A stretch of 64,000 bases of DNA from an uncultured Candidatus Saccharibacteria bacterium (GTDB taxonomy: Bacteria > Patescibacteriota > WWE3 > UBA101185 > UBA10185), in the NCBI GenBank assembly GCA_964490125.1, contig CAZBAJ010000001.1, positions 152,243 to 216,242 on the forward strand, in the 5' to 3' direction. Under the pieces are notes generated by a model. It did not search any database, was not told where the DNA came from, and saw nothing but the letters and a program-made list of their open reading frames with translations. Numbering within the stretch: position 1 is the first letter of the stretch; each line of letters begins with the position of its first letter. The translations under genes were made by a program, and so were the position numbers. Of the stretch, positions 1-9,307 are shown piece after piece.

Positions 1-840
1 ATCGACAAAAAGTCGTACCAGCAAACTATTACCAAAATTTCCCAATTTTTACAGGGTAAGCAAAAAACTATAGTAGAAGATCTGCGCAAAAAAATGCAGG
101 ACTACGCCAAAAAACAGCAGTACGAGCAGGCGGAAGAAACCAAAAAAATTCTAAGGCGGTTTGAATATGTCCAGCAAAGTTTTAGAGCCCCGCGGGAGTT
201 TATGGAAAATCCGTATTTGGTGGACGACATTTATGAGACAGCGCTTAAAGAACTTGCGGACGCCCTGCCCATGCTAAAAAATCCTCCAAAGCGCATTGAA
301 TGCTATGATGTGGCAAATATTTCCGGCAAAGACGCGGCGGTTTCTATGGTGGTGGCGGTGAATGGGCGACTTGAAAAGCGCGAGTATAAAAAATTTAAAA
401 TTAAGCTTAAAGACACGCCGGACGACTTTTTTATGTTGCGGGAGGCTTTAACTAGGCGGTTTTTGCATGAGACGCGAGAAGATTTAGTTTCTTGGGGTTT
501 GCCGGACTTAGTGGTGGTGGACGGTGGAAAGGGTCAGGTTTCCGTGGCGGAGGATGTGCTAGAGCGACTTGGTTTGGGTATTCCCGTTATAGGTTTGGCA
601 AAGAAGGAGGAGATAATAGTTTACCGTTCGGCGAGTATCGACGGTAACAAGATGGATAGCAACCACCGTGAGCAAGAAAAGCGTCATTGCGAGAATCGTA
701 GCCCCGAACCAATCTACAAAGAACTCCGTTTAGATAAATCCTCCGAAGCCTTAAAACTTTTACAGCGCCTACGCGACGAATCCCACCGCTTTGCGCGGGT
801 TTACCATCACTATTTAAGAACAAAACATGTTGGAGATTAA
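1..840 (+). CDS. uvrC: Excinuclease ABC subunit C (UvrC), C-terminal portion; the 5' end lies upstream of the window
   Basis: The reading frame is open from base 1. UvrC C-terminal endonuclease-region motifs are present (RIECYDVANISG, LVVVDGGKGQ, IPVIGLAKKEE) and the tail LLQRLRDESHRFA is typical of UvrC. Confidence 0.8.
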   Translation: MDKKSYQQTITKISQFLQGKQKTIVEDLRKKMQDYAKKQQYEQAEETKKILRRFEYVQQSFRAPREFMENPYLVDDIYETALKELADALPMLKNPPKRIECYDVANISGKDAAVSMVVAVNGRLEKREYKKFKIKLKDTPDDFFMLREALTRRFLHETREDLVSWGLPDLVVVDGGKGQVSVAEDVLERLGLGIPVIGLAKKEEIIVYRSASIDGNKMDSNHREQEKRHCENRSPEPIYKELRLDKSSEALKLLQRLRDESHRFARVYHHYLRTKHVGD

Positions 841-933
841 TTCGTTTGGATTTTCTAAGAACTGTTGACTTAAAAGGGGACAGGGACTGGCGACATCGTT
901 GGATGTACAAACATCGCCAGCCCCTCCGTCTAC

Positions 934-1143
934 TCACCGTCTACGCGAACCTTTCGGGATGTTGGTGTCGGGATGACAGTACTGCCAATGGTTTAGCTTC
1001 TGTGTGTTGGCGTCCCCATCGGCTTCATCTTGGGTACTACCCTTCCCGCACCCCGTCTGACCGCACGTTCCGCAAGTCCACGGCGAGAAGAACTGACTGT
1101 CCACCACACTTGTAGATGGACACGGGTGCTGTTTCGGTTTCAT
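934..1143 (-). CDS. Small Cys-rich hypothetical protein (69 aa), possible zinc-ribbon
   Basis: A canonical Shine-Dalgarno AAAGGAG sits 7 nt upstream of the ATG (plus-strand 1151-1157) and a TTGACT-17nt-TAAATA promoter-like element lies upstream on the minus strand. The motif WTCGTCGQTGCGKG is present. It is divergent from the downstream zinc-finger genes. Confidence 0.4.
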   Translation of the reverse strand: MKPKQHPCPSTSVVDSQFFSPWTCGTCGQTGCGKGSTQDEADGDANTQKLNHWQYCHPDTNIPKGSRRR

Positions 1144-1277
1144 TTCTAGCTCCTTTCATTATGTGTAGAAACAGCAACGATGGCGGTATTTAACTCTCTC
1201 TCTCCAAAAGTCAAACGATGATTTTGTTATAATAATTACGGCGCTTGCAAAAGCGACTACTACAATGGGGGCTAATC

Positions 1278-1493
1278 ATGAAAGATCAGTGTTCAGCGTG
1301 TCGTGGCACCGGGATTGCTTATCAATGCAGGACATGTAAGGGTTCGGGGATTGTGCCTGGGTATTCTCCTTCCCGCGGAAGTTACAATAATACTTGCCCA
1401 GGCTGCGATGGGAAGGGGGGTCCGCCCTGTTCTTACTGCAACGGTACGGGGCGCTGTGTGACACGCGAGCATGAGCCTCGCAGAGGGAGGTAG
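1278..1493 (+). CDS. DnaJ-type zinc-finger microprotein without a J domain (four CxxCxGxG repeats)
   Basis: Four repeats are present: CSACRGTG, CRTCKGSG, CPGCDGKG and CSYCNGTG. The start was trimmed to ATG 1278 (MKDQ...), with a G-rich RBS upstream and TATAAT at 1226-1231. Confidence 0.6.
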   Translation: MKDQCSACRGTGIAYQCRTCKGSGIVPGYSPSRGSYNNTCPGCDGKGGPPCSYCNGTGRCVTREHEPRRGR

Positions 1494-1659
1494 CGTGAGA
1501 AAGGACAAGAATTCTCCAAAACCTGGTTGTCTTCGTTGCTACAACACGGGCGAGATAACTTGTCCGAATTGCCACGGCACTGGAATGGTTGGTGGAAGAA
1601 CATGTCAGACCTGCCGTGGGTTACGGACGATAGCCTGTCCTGACTGTAGCAAAAAGTAG
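1471..1659 (+). CDS. Second CxxC zinc-finger microprotein; the true start is probably GTG near 1495 after GGGAGG
   Basis: The motifs CLRCYNTG, CPNCHGTG, CQTCRGLR and CPDC are present. It overlaps the 3' end of the previous gene in another frame. Confidence 0.5.
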   Translation: MSLAEGGSVRKDKNSPKPGCLRCYNTGEITCPNCHGTGMVGGRTCQTCRGLRTIACPDCSKK

Positions 1660-1924
1660 TTCCATCGGGAGAGGGAGCGGAGAAAAGCAACGCAGAATAA
1701 CGCGTTGGCGATGATCTTTGTCGCTCTTCACCCTCTCTCTATATGGTCCGGCATACTTTTTAGTCGTATTGCAAACGCATTGCATTTGCAATTCAAATGC
1801 AATACACTCCCAAAACCCTTCGGTGGGGATATAAAAAGTCCCACATTAAAAAATCCACCGCAATTATGCACAGCGCGCGGCATCAATTTTGTCGTCCAAC
1901 CAAAAATGTTGTATCCTTAACCCA

Positions 1925-2329
1925 ATGAGAGCGATTATTAGGCATTTTATTTACACCGCGTCCGCCATGTATCTTTTGCAGTCGTTTGCCAAACCCTTTG
2001 ATTACGGCTCAAGCCCCACCAAGACCTTTTTAATTGTTGCCCTCGCCATAACGCTAATTGTCTACTTTACGCGTCCGCTTCTTAAAATAATTTCTTTTCC
2101 GGTAGGCGGGTTGGTCTATACGGCGCTCCTTATTTTAGTAATAGGCGCGGGTTTTTACGCTTTGCAAAGTTTAATCCCGGAATTTGCCGTCAAAAGTTTT
2201 TACCTACCCCAAATTAACTTTTTTGGTATAATGCTTGGCGACACGGAGCTTAGCGGTTTTAAAGCCCTGGCTTTTGTTTCTGGCTTTATTGCGGTATTTA
2301 TTGGACTTGTCGGTTGGGTGATGGGGTAG
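1925..2329 (+). CDS. Small multi-TM membrane protein, holin-like (DUF360/phage_holin_4-like topology)
   Basis: It is hydrophobic with 3-4 predicted helices and a GF-containing C-terminal helix. The start was trimmed to the internal Met (MRAII). Weak similarity by eye only. Confidence 0.35.
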   Translation: MRAIIRHFIYTASAMYLLQSFAKPFDYGSSPTKTFLIVALAITLIVYFTRPLLKIISFPVGGLVYTALLILVIGAGFYALQSLIPEFAVKSFYLPQINFFGIMLGDTELSGFKALAFVSGFIAVFIGLVGWVMG

Positions 2330-2381
2330 ATAGCCCCGCTACGCCCGTACAAGTAAGTCAAAAGTTTCTTAAAGCGTCACT

Positions 2382-2582
2382 ATGGTAATTATACAAATAA
2401 TAATAAGCATAATGTTAATACTCTTAGTCCTAATTCAGTCCAAATCGGGCGGGCTTTCTGGCTCGGTGGCAAATTCCTTTGGTGCCTACCGTTCCCGTCG
2501 TGGAATAGAAAAAGGTATTTTTATTCTAACCATTGTTTGTGGTATCGTCTTTACCGTCAACAGCCTGTTTTTAATTATTTAA
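2382..2582 (+). CDS. secG: Preprotein translocase subunit SecG
   Basis: A 66-aa two-TM protein carrying the LLVLIQSKSGGLSG motif typical of SecG. Confidence 0.75.
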   Translation: MVIIQIIISIMLILLVLIQSKSGGLSGSVANSFGAYRSRRGIEKGIFILTIVCGIVFTVNSLFLII

Positions 2583-2583
2583 C

Positions 2584-3843
2584 ATGAGCCAAGCTACCAC
2601 AGCGCAAATAGACGGAGGAATTCCTTTAGTGGGCACGGTTAAAGCTTCCGGGAGTCGCGCGTTGGCGTTAAAACTTATTTACGCGTCCATTTTAAGTGGA
2701 GAGGAGTGTGTACTTTCCAATGTTCCTAAAGTCAAATATGTGTTGGACGACTTGGAGATTGCCCAAAATTTGGGCGTAACAGCTAGTTGGAGTGGCAATA
2801 CGCTAACCATAAATTCCGGGCAGTTAACCCAGTTTGCTCTTGAAGGCGACTTAGTTGCTAAAGTTGCTACCGCGCCTTTTTTAGTGCCAGCTTTAGTGCA
2901 TAAATTTGGCAAAGCGTCGTTACCAAAAAGTCAAAGAATAATGCAGTATGCCAAAATTTGGCAGGCGTTTGGCATGGAGGTATCCGAAGACTTTAATAAT
3001 TGTTTTGTGGAGGCGGTAAAACTAGTAAGTGGTGAGGTGGTTTTGCCCTACAAGTCGCGCGTTTTAACAGACATGGCAATTATTACCGCGCTGTTTATTT
3101 TGGGTGAAAGTGTGATTTTAAATCCCAGTACAGATGTAGAAACGGACGACCTGATTGACTATTGCAACAAACTTGGTGGGGAAGTTACACGGAGGGAGGA
3201 CGGTTCTATTGTAGTTACAGGTTGCGCGGTATTTAAAAGTGTTAATTTTACTTTGCCGTACGATCGGGAGGAAGCTGGATTTTTTATTGTAGCAACCTTG
3301 CTTACTAATGGAAATATTACTTTGGTGGACTTGGATAGAGCGCGCCTTCTGCCGTTTGTAAATTGGCTGTCAAAGGTTGGCGCAAGTTACGAATTTGTTG
3401 GTAGCGACATGCGGGTTTGGCACAATAGTGGGACGACCTTTGAGCCGTTTGACCTCACCGTTGCTCCGCACCCGGGCTTTATTACCGATCTTGCGCCTTT
3501 TGCCTGTCTGCTTGGCTGTTTTGCTGGTGGCGAAAGTAAAATAATCGAGCATGTCTTAGCCACAAATTTGGACTATCTTAAGGGTTTGAATCGGCTGGGG
3601 GCTAAAATAACCACCGAGCGGGTAGGCGAGTCACTTCAAATTAGTATCCCGGGTAATGTAAAGTTAAAACCCGGAAAAATGGTAATCTCTGACTTAAGGT
3701 ATGCTTTAATAAGTCTGCTTTACGCTTTAGTGGTGGAAGGTAAGCACGAGCTTGCGGACTACAACATGGCAGAGGACAGTTTTGAAGGTATTAGCCAACG
3801 CCTAAAATCCTTAGGTGCGGACATTAGTCTAAATGGGCTATAA
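2584..3843 (+). CDS. murA: UDP-N-acetylglucosamine 1-carboxyvinyltransferase-like (MurA/EPT family), divergent
   Basis: The enolpyruvyl transferase fold shows in GTVKASGSRALALKL, NVPKVKYV, VAPHPGFITDLAPFA (compare MurA TAPHPAFPTDMQAQF) and a MurA-like C-terminus. It lies in cell-wall gene context. The catalytic-loop region looks atypical. Confidence 0.65.
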   Translation: MSQATTAQIDGGIPLVGTVKASGSRALALKLIYASILSGEECVLSNVPKVKYVLDDLEIAQNLGVTASWSGNTLTINSGQLTQFALEGDLVAKVATAPFLVPALVHKFGKASLPKSQRIMQYAKIWQAFGMEVSEDFNNCFVEAVKLVSGEVVLPYKSRVLTDMAIITALFILGESVILNPSTDVETDDLIDYCNKLGGEVTRREDGSIVVTGCAVFKSVNFTLPYDREEAGFFIVATLLTNGNITLVDLDRARLLPFVNWLSKVGASYEFVGSDMRVWHNSGTTFEPFDLTVAPHPGFITDLAPFACLLGCFAGGESKIIEHVLATNLDYLKGLNRLGAKITTERVGESLQISIPGNVKLKPGKMVISDLRYALISLLYALVVEGKHELADYNMAEDSFEGISQRLKSLGADISLNGL

Positions 3844-3851
3844 TATCCCCA

Positions 3852-4934
3852 ATGGAAATCCAACTTTTACACCTGTTTCTCTCGGCCTTAATTAGCTTGG
3901 CGCTTTACCCGCTCTGGATCAAGTTTGTTTATAAGTACCAAATGGGCGAGGATGTCCGTAGCGACGGTCCCCAAACCCATTTAGCCAAAAAAGGTACGCC
4001 CACTATGGGAGGTTTGGTGTTTGTGTTGACGGTTGGGATTGTAACTTTTTTAGTCAATCGATCGCGGGATCAAACCCTGTTTCCGCTCTTTGTGGCGGCG
4101 TTAGCGGGACTTTTTGGGCTTATTGAGGACTTGTCCAAAGTCTATAAAAAATCTGGCTTGCCAGGGTTTTTTGAATATCATCTGGGTACAATTAATCTGG
4201 GCAAAATAGGCAAAATACTTTCCACAGTCGTAGCAAAACCGTGGCGTCTTTACACAGAATTTTGGCGGGTGGTGGGCAGCAAAACAGATGTCGGCATAAA
4301 AACGCATGAAAAGTTTTTTATCCAAGCGGTTATTGCGGGTTTTGTGTCGTACTGGACTTATTTTAAGCTTGGTTGGGATTACATTTGGTTTCCGCTCGTG
4401 GGCGATGTGCACATTGGCTGGGGCTACCCCGTGGTAATTTTTTTGCTGTTTGTAGCGGTGCTAAACTTTGTGGCTTTTACGGACGGGCTTGATGGTTTGG
4501 CAGGTGGACTTGCCTTTTTTGCCTTATGCGCTTATTGGGTGCTGGCGGTTATGTTTGAATTTAAGTCGCTTTCTGCTTTTTGTGCCACATTTATTGGCGC
4601 GTTACTACCGTTTTTGTATTTTAATATCTATCCCGCGCGGGTGTTTATGGGCAATGTAGGCAGTCATGTTTTGGGGGCGACGCTGGTGTTGCTGGCTATT
4701 TTATTGCACCGCGAATTTGCTTTGGTAGTTATTTTGGGTGTGTTTTTGGTCGACGGGCTTTCTAGCCCTTTACAACAGCTTTCGGTAAAACTTACCAGAA
4801 AGCGGATTTTTTTAATGGCGCCTCTACACCACCATTTTGAGATGCTCGGCTGGCCGGAAACCAAAGTCACTTTTAGATTCTGGCTTTTTGGCATTATCTG
4901 CGCATTTTTAGGAATTTTTGTCGCCTTGTTGTAG
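3852..4934 (+). CDS. mraY: Phospho-N-acetylmuramoyl-pentapeptide transferase MraY
   Basis: MraY motifs are present (VRSDGPQTHLAKKGTPTMGG, TDGLDGLAGG) and the protein is polytopic. Confidence 0.9.
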   Translation: MEIQLLHLFLSALISLALYPLWIKFVYKYQMGEDVRSDGPQTHLAKKGTPTMGGLVFVLTVGIVTFLVNRSRDQTLFPLFVAALAGLFGLIEDLSKVYKKSGLPGFFEYHLGTINLGKIGKILSTVVAKPWRLYTEFWRVVGSKTDVGIKTHEKFFIQAVIAGFVSYWTYFKLGWDYIWFPLVGDVHIGWGYPVVIFLLFVAVLNFVAFTDGLDGLAGGLAFFALCAYWVLAVMFEFKSLSAFCATFIGALLPFLYFNIYPARVFMGNVGSHVLGATLVLLAILLHREFALVVILGVFLVDGLSSPLQQLSVKLTRKRIFLMAPLHHHFEMLGWPETKVTFRFWLFGIICAFLGIFVALL

Positions 4935-6123
4935 TCGCAAAATGAAAAAGTCTGCCCCAAAATCCCGCAAATTTTATTACTTTGTTTTAGCCACGCTACT
5001 TTTTGGACTTTTGATGGTCTACAACGCTTCACCTTTATACTCACAACGCTTGTTTGGCAATCCATATCATTTTGCCAAATTGCAGTTAATTTGGACTTTG
5101 GTGGGACTGGTTTTTTTTGCCATTGTCAGCCTGGTAAGTTTAAGTTCTATTAAATGGTTTTCCCGCGGATTATTTGTATTTTCCTTACTTATTTTAATTT
5201 TCCTTGCCGGAGCTTCCTTTTTTTACCCGTGTAGCAAGGTTTTGGGTCCTTCTTCCGATATTGCGTTTTGTCCCTGTAAAAACGGCGCTAGGCGTTGGAT
5301 AAATTTAAACCCACCACCACTACCACAACTGCCAATTTTAGGAACCTTAGGCTTCCAGGCGTCGGACTTGGCAAAATTAGCCCTTATTGCCTACTTACCC
5401 CTATTATTAGAATCAAAACTTAAGTCAGCCAAGCGCAAGTACTCGCCGTTTTTTTACTTTTTTGGCTATTGCGCACTGGTTTCGGTCCTAATTTTAGGTC
5501 AGCCCAACATGTCAACTGCAGGACTTGTTATGATAATTGGCGTAGTAATATATTTTATTTCCGGTGCGGACCTTAAGCCACTAGCTATTGCCATCCCAGT
5601 AGGACTTATTATTAGCATCTTATTTATTATGATCTCACCTTATCGGCGGGAGCGGTTTTTGACTTTAGTTTCGCCTAGCGAGCAGTCTACCTTAAAAGAG
5701 TCGTACCAGAGCGAACAAATTTTAATAGGACTTGGTTCTGGCGGACCTTTTGGCGTGGGCGTTGGGCAGTCTATTCAAAAGCAACACTATGTGCCGGAGG
5801 TTATTGGCGACTCGATTTTTGCCATTATTGGCGAGGAAATGGGTTTTGTGGGTAGTTTGATTGTAGTGGTGGGTTTTGCGCTTTTGACTTTGGAGATGGT
5901 CAAAATTTCTTCCGGCGCAGTTACTTTGTATGAAAAAATGGTTGGTATGGGTGTTTGCGCTTGGATTTTCTTTCAGTACCTAATAAACCTGTACGCTACA
6001 ATTAACATTATTCCGTTTACCGGTATGCCTATTCCGTTTATTTCTTACGGCGGTTCCTCTATGGTTTTTGCTATGGCGGGACTAGGGTTAATTTCTAATA
6101 TTTATAGACGACAGGGAAGCTAA
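4918..6123 (+). CDS. ftsW: SEDS family peptidoglycan glycosyltransferase FtsW/RodA
   Basis: SEDS motifs are present (PEVIGDSIFAIIGEEMGFVGS, IPFTGMPIPFISYGGSSM). It sits between mraY and murG. The start is probably Met 4942. Confidence 0.85.
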   Translation: MSPCCSRKMKKSAPKSRKFYYFVLATLLFGLLMVYNASPLYSQRLFGNPYHFAKLQLIWTLVGLVFFAIVSLVSLSSIKWFSRGLFVFSLLILIFLAGASFFYPCSKVLGPSSDIAFCPCKNGARRWINLNPPPLPQLPILGTLGFQASDLAKLALIAYLPLLLESKLKSAKRKYSPFFYFFGYCALVSVLILGQPNMSTAGLVMIIGVVIYFISGADLKPLAIAIPVGLIISILFIMISPYRRERFLTLVSPSEQSTLKESYQSEQILIGLGSGGPFGVGVGQSIQKQHYVPEVIGDSIFAIIGEEMGFVGSLIVVVGFALLTLEMVKISSGAVTLYEKMVGMGVCAWIFFQYLINLYATINIIPFTGMPIPFISYGGSSMVFAMAGLGLISNIYRRQGS

Positions 6124-6142
6124 CTTGAGGTAAAATACCCGT

Positions 6143-7147
6143 GTGAGAATTTCACTAGACCAAGTAATAAGCATGTCGTATCAAATCCTTGCTGGCTGGG
6201 GTTTTCATGACGATGAGATTGGGTACATTAATCGTAATTTGCTCGACGCGGAACTTTCGGGCAGGAAAACCCATGGTTTTGTAAGGTTGTTGTCTTTTAA
6301 AAATCAGTACGACAAGGCGAAGCTAGATACAAAACCCTTAGTGCTAAATGTTATAAGCCAATCCCCAGTACACCTCCACATAGACGGTAAGAATAAGTTA
6401 GGTTTTGGGGTTTTGTATGAGGCTCTAAAGCTCGCTATACCAAAAGCTAAACAATCGGGGTTGGTTGCGGTTGGAGTTAAAAACACAGGAGTAACGGGTT
6501 TTATTGGTTCTTACGCACGAGAAGCGGTTAAAGAAGATCTAATTTATCTCGGATTTCATAATTCAACGGGCGGGTTAATTCCGTACGGATCTATTAAGGA
6601 AATGTGGGGAACAAATCCTCTCACCGTCGGAATTCCAACTTTTGACATTCCGGTTATTTTAGACATGGCATCTTCGCAAATTACTTGGGGTGACTTACTT
6701 GTCGCTAAAAATGAGAATAAACAGCTTAAAGAAGGTGTTGCCTTAAATTCCAACGGAGAAGTTACCACAAATCCCATTGAGGCTATGGGTGGCGGACTTT
6801 TACCTTTTTCTAGGCATAAAGGTTCCGGGCTTGCTTTTATTGTGGAACTTTTGGCAGGGGCGGTGACGGGTTCACGGGTGGGAAACAATGTACCCGGGGA
6901 ATGGGGTTCATTTTTTATTTTGCTTAACCCGGAGCTTTTTAGGCCGTTGGATGAGTTTAAAAAGGATGTCCAAACTGCCGTTTCAGAACTAAAGAATTCT
7001 CCAAAAGCCAACGGTGTGTCAGAAATATTTTTTGCAGGTGAGAAGTCGTACAAACTTTACAAGCAAAATCTGGAAAACGGCTACTTTGAAATTTCCGACA
7101 AGCTGTACAACGATTTACAAAATTTAGGGAAAGGAGAAAACAAATGA
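6143..7147 (+). CDS. Ldh_2 family (malate/L-lactate/sulfolactate dehydrogenase-like) oxidoreductase
   Basis: The motifs SGRKTHGFVRL, GTNPLTVGIPT and SRHKGSGLAF are typical of the Ldh_2 family. It uses a GTG start. Confidence 0.7.
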   Translation: MRISLDQVISMSYQILAGWGFHDDEIGYINRNLLDAELSGRKTHGFVRLLSFKNQYDKAKLDTKPLVLNVISQSPVHLHIDGKNKLGFGVLYEALKLAIPKAKQSGLVAVGVKNTGVTGFIGSYAREAVKEDLIYLGFHNSTGGLIPYGSIKEMWGTNPLTVGIPTFDIPVILDMASSQITWGDLLVAKNENKQLKEGVALNSNGEVTTNPIEAMGGGLLPFSRHKGSGLAFIVELLAGAVTGSRVGNNVPGEWGSFFILLNPELFRPLDEFKKDVQTAVSELKNSPKANGVSEIFFAGEKSYKLYKQNLENGYFEISDKLYNDLQNLGKGENK

Positions 7148-8064
7148 AATTAGTATTATTAAGCCCAAATTGTGAAACTTTGCTCACAGACGAGCAGAAG
7201 CGAGTGTTGAAGGACATAGGCAACTGCGCCTTTGTATCAAAAATTGCCCCATTATCCAAGGTTTCGGAACTTGCAGGTGACGACGAGAAGATTATTGCCG
7301 TAGACCCGGATTTTTGTGATTGGAAGATACCTAACGAGGAAGTGGATAAAATCCAAGGGTTAAAAGCAATCTGCTTACAGAGTACATCGTTTAGCTGGGT
7401 GGATGGAGAGTATTTAAAAAGTAAAAGTATTCCAGTAACAAACCTGCGGGGTTTTTCATCCGTTGCGGTTTCCGAATGGGCGTTTATGATGGCGTTAAAT
7501 TTGGCAAGAAAACTTCCTATTGTGATTAAGGACGGTTGGAAACAGGATTATACAAAACATCAAGGCATAGAGTTGCGAGGGAAAACAGCTGGGATAGTAG
7601 GATTGGGGAATATCGGGACAAAAATAGCAGAGAATTGCAAAGGTTTTGGAATGGAGGTTATTTATTGGTCAAAAAATTCCAGAGATGTTAGGTTTCAGTA
7701 CAAATCTATTGAGGAGATTATGAAGACGGCGGATGTTATTTTCCCCGCAGTCGCACAGAATTCAGAAACTAATGGACTAATTACTGACGACATGGTTAAT
7801 TCGATAAAGAGAAGCGTTATATTTGTTTCTATAGTCCATCATGTTTATAACCACGAGCTATTGTTGGAAAAGGCTAAAAAAGATGAAATTTATGGCTACG
7901 GTTTTGAGCAGGCCGGCGTAAATATGGCTGACTATGGGGGTAATGTGTGGGCAGGTCCGGAGCTTGCATGGGCAACGGATGGTTCTATGAAAAGGAATTC
8001 CGAGATGTGGGTTGAGAGCATACTGAAAGCATTAAAAGGAGAATTTCCAACAAGGATTAATTAG
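7144..8064 (+). CDS. D-isomer-specific 2-hydroxyacid dehydrogenase family protein (NAD-binding)
   Basis: A GKTAGIVGLGNIGTKIA Rossmann motif is present. The start overlaps the upstream stop (ATGA). Confidence 0.75.
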   Translation: MKLVLLSPNCETLLTDEQKRVLKDIGNCAFVSKIAPLSKVSELAGDDEKIIAVDPDFCDWKIPNEEVDKIQGLKAICLQSTSFSWVDGEYLKSKSIPVTNLRGFSSVAVSEWAFMMALNLARKLPIVIKDGWKQDYTKHQGIELRGKTAGIVGLGNIGTKIAENCKGFGMEVIYWSKNSRDVRFQYKSIEEIMKTADVIFPAVAQNSETNGLITDDMVNSIKRSVIFVSIVHHVYNHELLLEKAKKDEIYGYGFEQAGVNMADYGGNVWAGPELAWATDGSMKRNSEMWVESILKALKGEFPTRIN

Positions 8065-8065
8065 A

Positions 8066-8383
8066 ATGCTTAAAATCTTTGTAATGTGTCCAAAAGACAA
8101 TACGGACGACTTAATATACGCGATGTCTGACGCGGGTGGAGGTAGGATTGGAAATTACTCCCATAACGCTTTTATAACTCCGGGTTTTGGAAACTGGAAA
8201 AGTGAGGAAGGATCTAATCCTACAATTGGAGAGGTTGGAAAAATGAGTCGCGAGCCTGAAAATAGGATAGAGATGGTTTGTCCGGAAGAAGATTTGGATA
8301 AGGTGATTGAAGCGATAAAAAGAATCCATCCTTATGAAACCCCGGAAATTGATGTTGTAAAGCTAGAAAGACTGGTTTTGTAG
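8066..8383 (+). CDS. Small PII/CutA-fold protein resembling the Nif3/YqfO-associated domain (COG3323-like)
   Basis: The motifs GGGRIGNYSHNAF, GSNPTIGEVG and a C-terminal HPYETPEIDVV match those I recall from this family. Assignment from memory only. Confidence 0.45.
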   Translation: MLKIFVMCPKDNTDDLIYAMSDAGGGRIGNYSHNAFITPGFGNWKSEEGSNPTIGEVGKMSREPENRIEMVCPEEDLDKVIEAIKRIHPYETPEIDVVKLERLVL

Positions 8384-8701
8384 AAAGTGAGTTAAAGGGG
8401 TCGAAACCGGCGCCTTTAAACCCGTCGAATTCGACGGGTTTAGATTCTAATGTTATGGAAAACCATAAGACTAGATTTTGGGTAGAAAAGGGTCGGATAT
8501 TTTGCTCTTGTGACGAAAAGAGATTTTGTTGTTATAACGAGATTTTGGGAAAATACAAGGCGCGTTGGAATGGAGAATAGCTTGTGACGACAAGCTTGCT
8601 ACCATTTTCCCGGCGTCAGGAAAATGGTTTAGAGTTGTAGCGCCTAGTAAAAGTACAGATTTACTGCTCGATAAACAATTAAAACTTAAAGAAAGGAGAA
8701 A

Positions 8702-9307
8702 ATGATAAAAGCAATCTGTTTTGATTTAGACGGTGTGTACTTTCTTAACGGGAAGTCCAATTTTATTAAAGCTCTGGTAAATTTAGGTGTGACGGAAGAC
8801 GAGGCTAAGCAGGTGTTTCTAAAATCGGACGAAATGAACGCCCGATACAAACTTGGCAAAATGACGGACGACGAATATTGGACTTGGGCGCTCAAGGAGT
8901 GGAAGTTGCAGATGTCGGTGCAAGAAATTCTCGATTTGCTAATAAAAGGCTATGATACTAATCCGCAAGCGGTTGAATATGTTAAAAAAGTGCGACAAGC
9001 TGGGTACAAAACGGTAATTTGCTCAAACAATTTTCCCGCACGAATTAATGGATTGCAAAAGAGGTTTGGTTTTTTGGACGACTTTGATGTGGTTGTGTTG
9101 TCGTACGAAGTAGGATTTGTAAAGCCCGACAAAGGGATTTTTGAGGCGTTGGTGAAAAAATCCGGCGTTCTGCCTACGGAGATTATTTACTCGGACGACG
9201 ACGAGTCTAAGATGTACGGTGCCAAAGAATTGGGGATTAATACTTTTCTGTATACTGATTTTCCCGCGTTTGTGGGACACTTGGGAGGTTTAGGGGTAAA
9301 AATATGA
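8702..9307 (+). CDS. HAD superfamily hydrolase
   Basis: An N-terminal ICFDLDGV (DxDG) motif and an SDD motif near the C-terminus are present. Confidence 0.7.
   Translation: MIKAICFDLDGVYFLNGKSNFIKALVNLGVTEDEAKQVFLKSDEMNARYKLGKMTDDEYWTWALKEWKLQMSVQEILDLLIKGYDTNPQAVEYVKKVRQAGYKTVICSNNFPARINGLQKRFGFLDDFDVVVLSYEVGFVKPDKGIFEALVKKSGVLPTEIIYSDDDESKMYGAKELGINTFLYTDFPAFVGHLGGLGVKI

Noticed and set aside
846-1115. Plus-strand 89-aa ORF overlapping the minus-strand Cys-rich ORF
   Set aside because: It has no RBS and an Arg/Pro-rich composition typical of an out-of-frame artefact. The minus-strand ORF has strong translation signals.
841-1245. GC-richer 400-bp stretch after uvrC considered as tmRNA, SRP RNA, RNase P RNA or 6S RNA (it contains GGGTGCTGTTT and several hairpins)
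   Set aside because: No tmRNA tag frame or tRNA-like end, no SRP domain IV GGAAG/AGCAGC pattern, and no RNase P P4 motifs. A minus-strand small ORF with a textbook RBS explains part of it.
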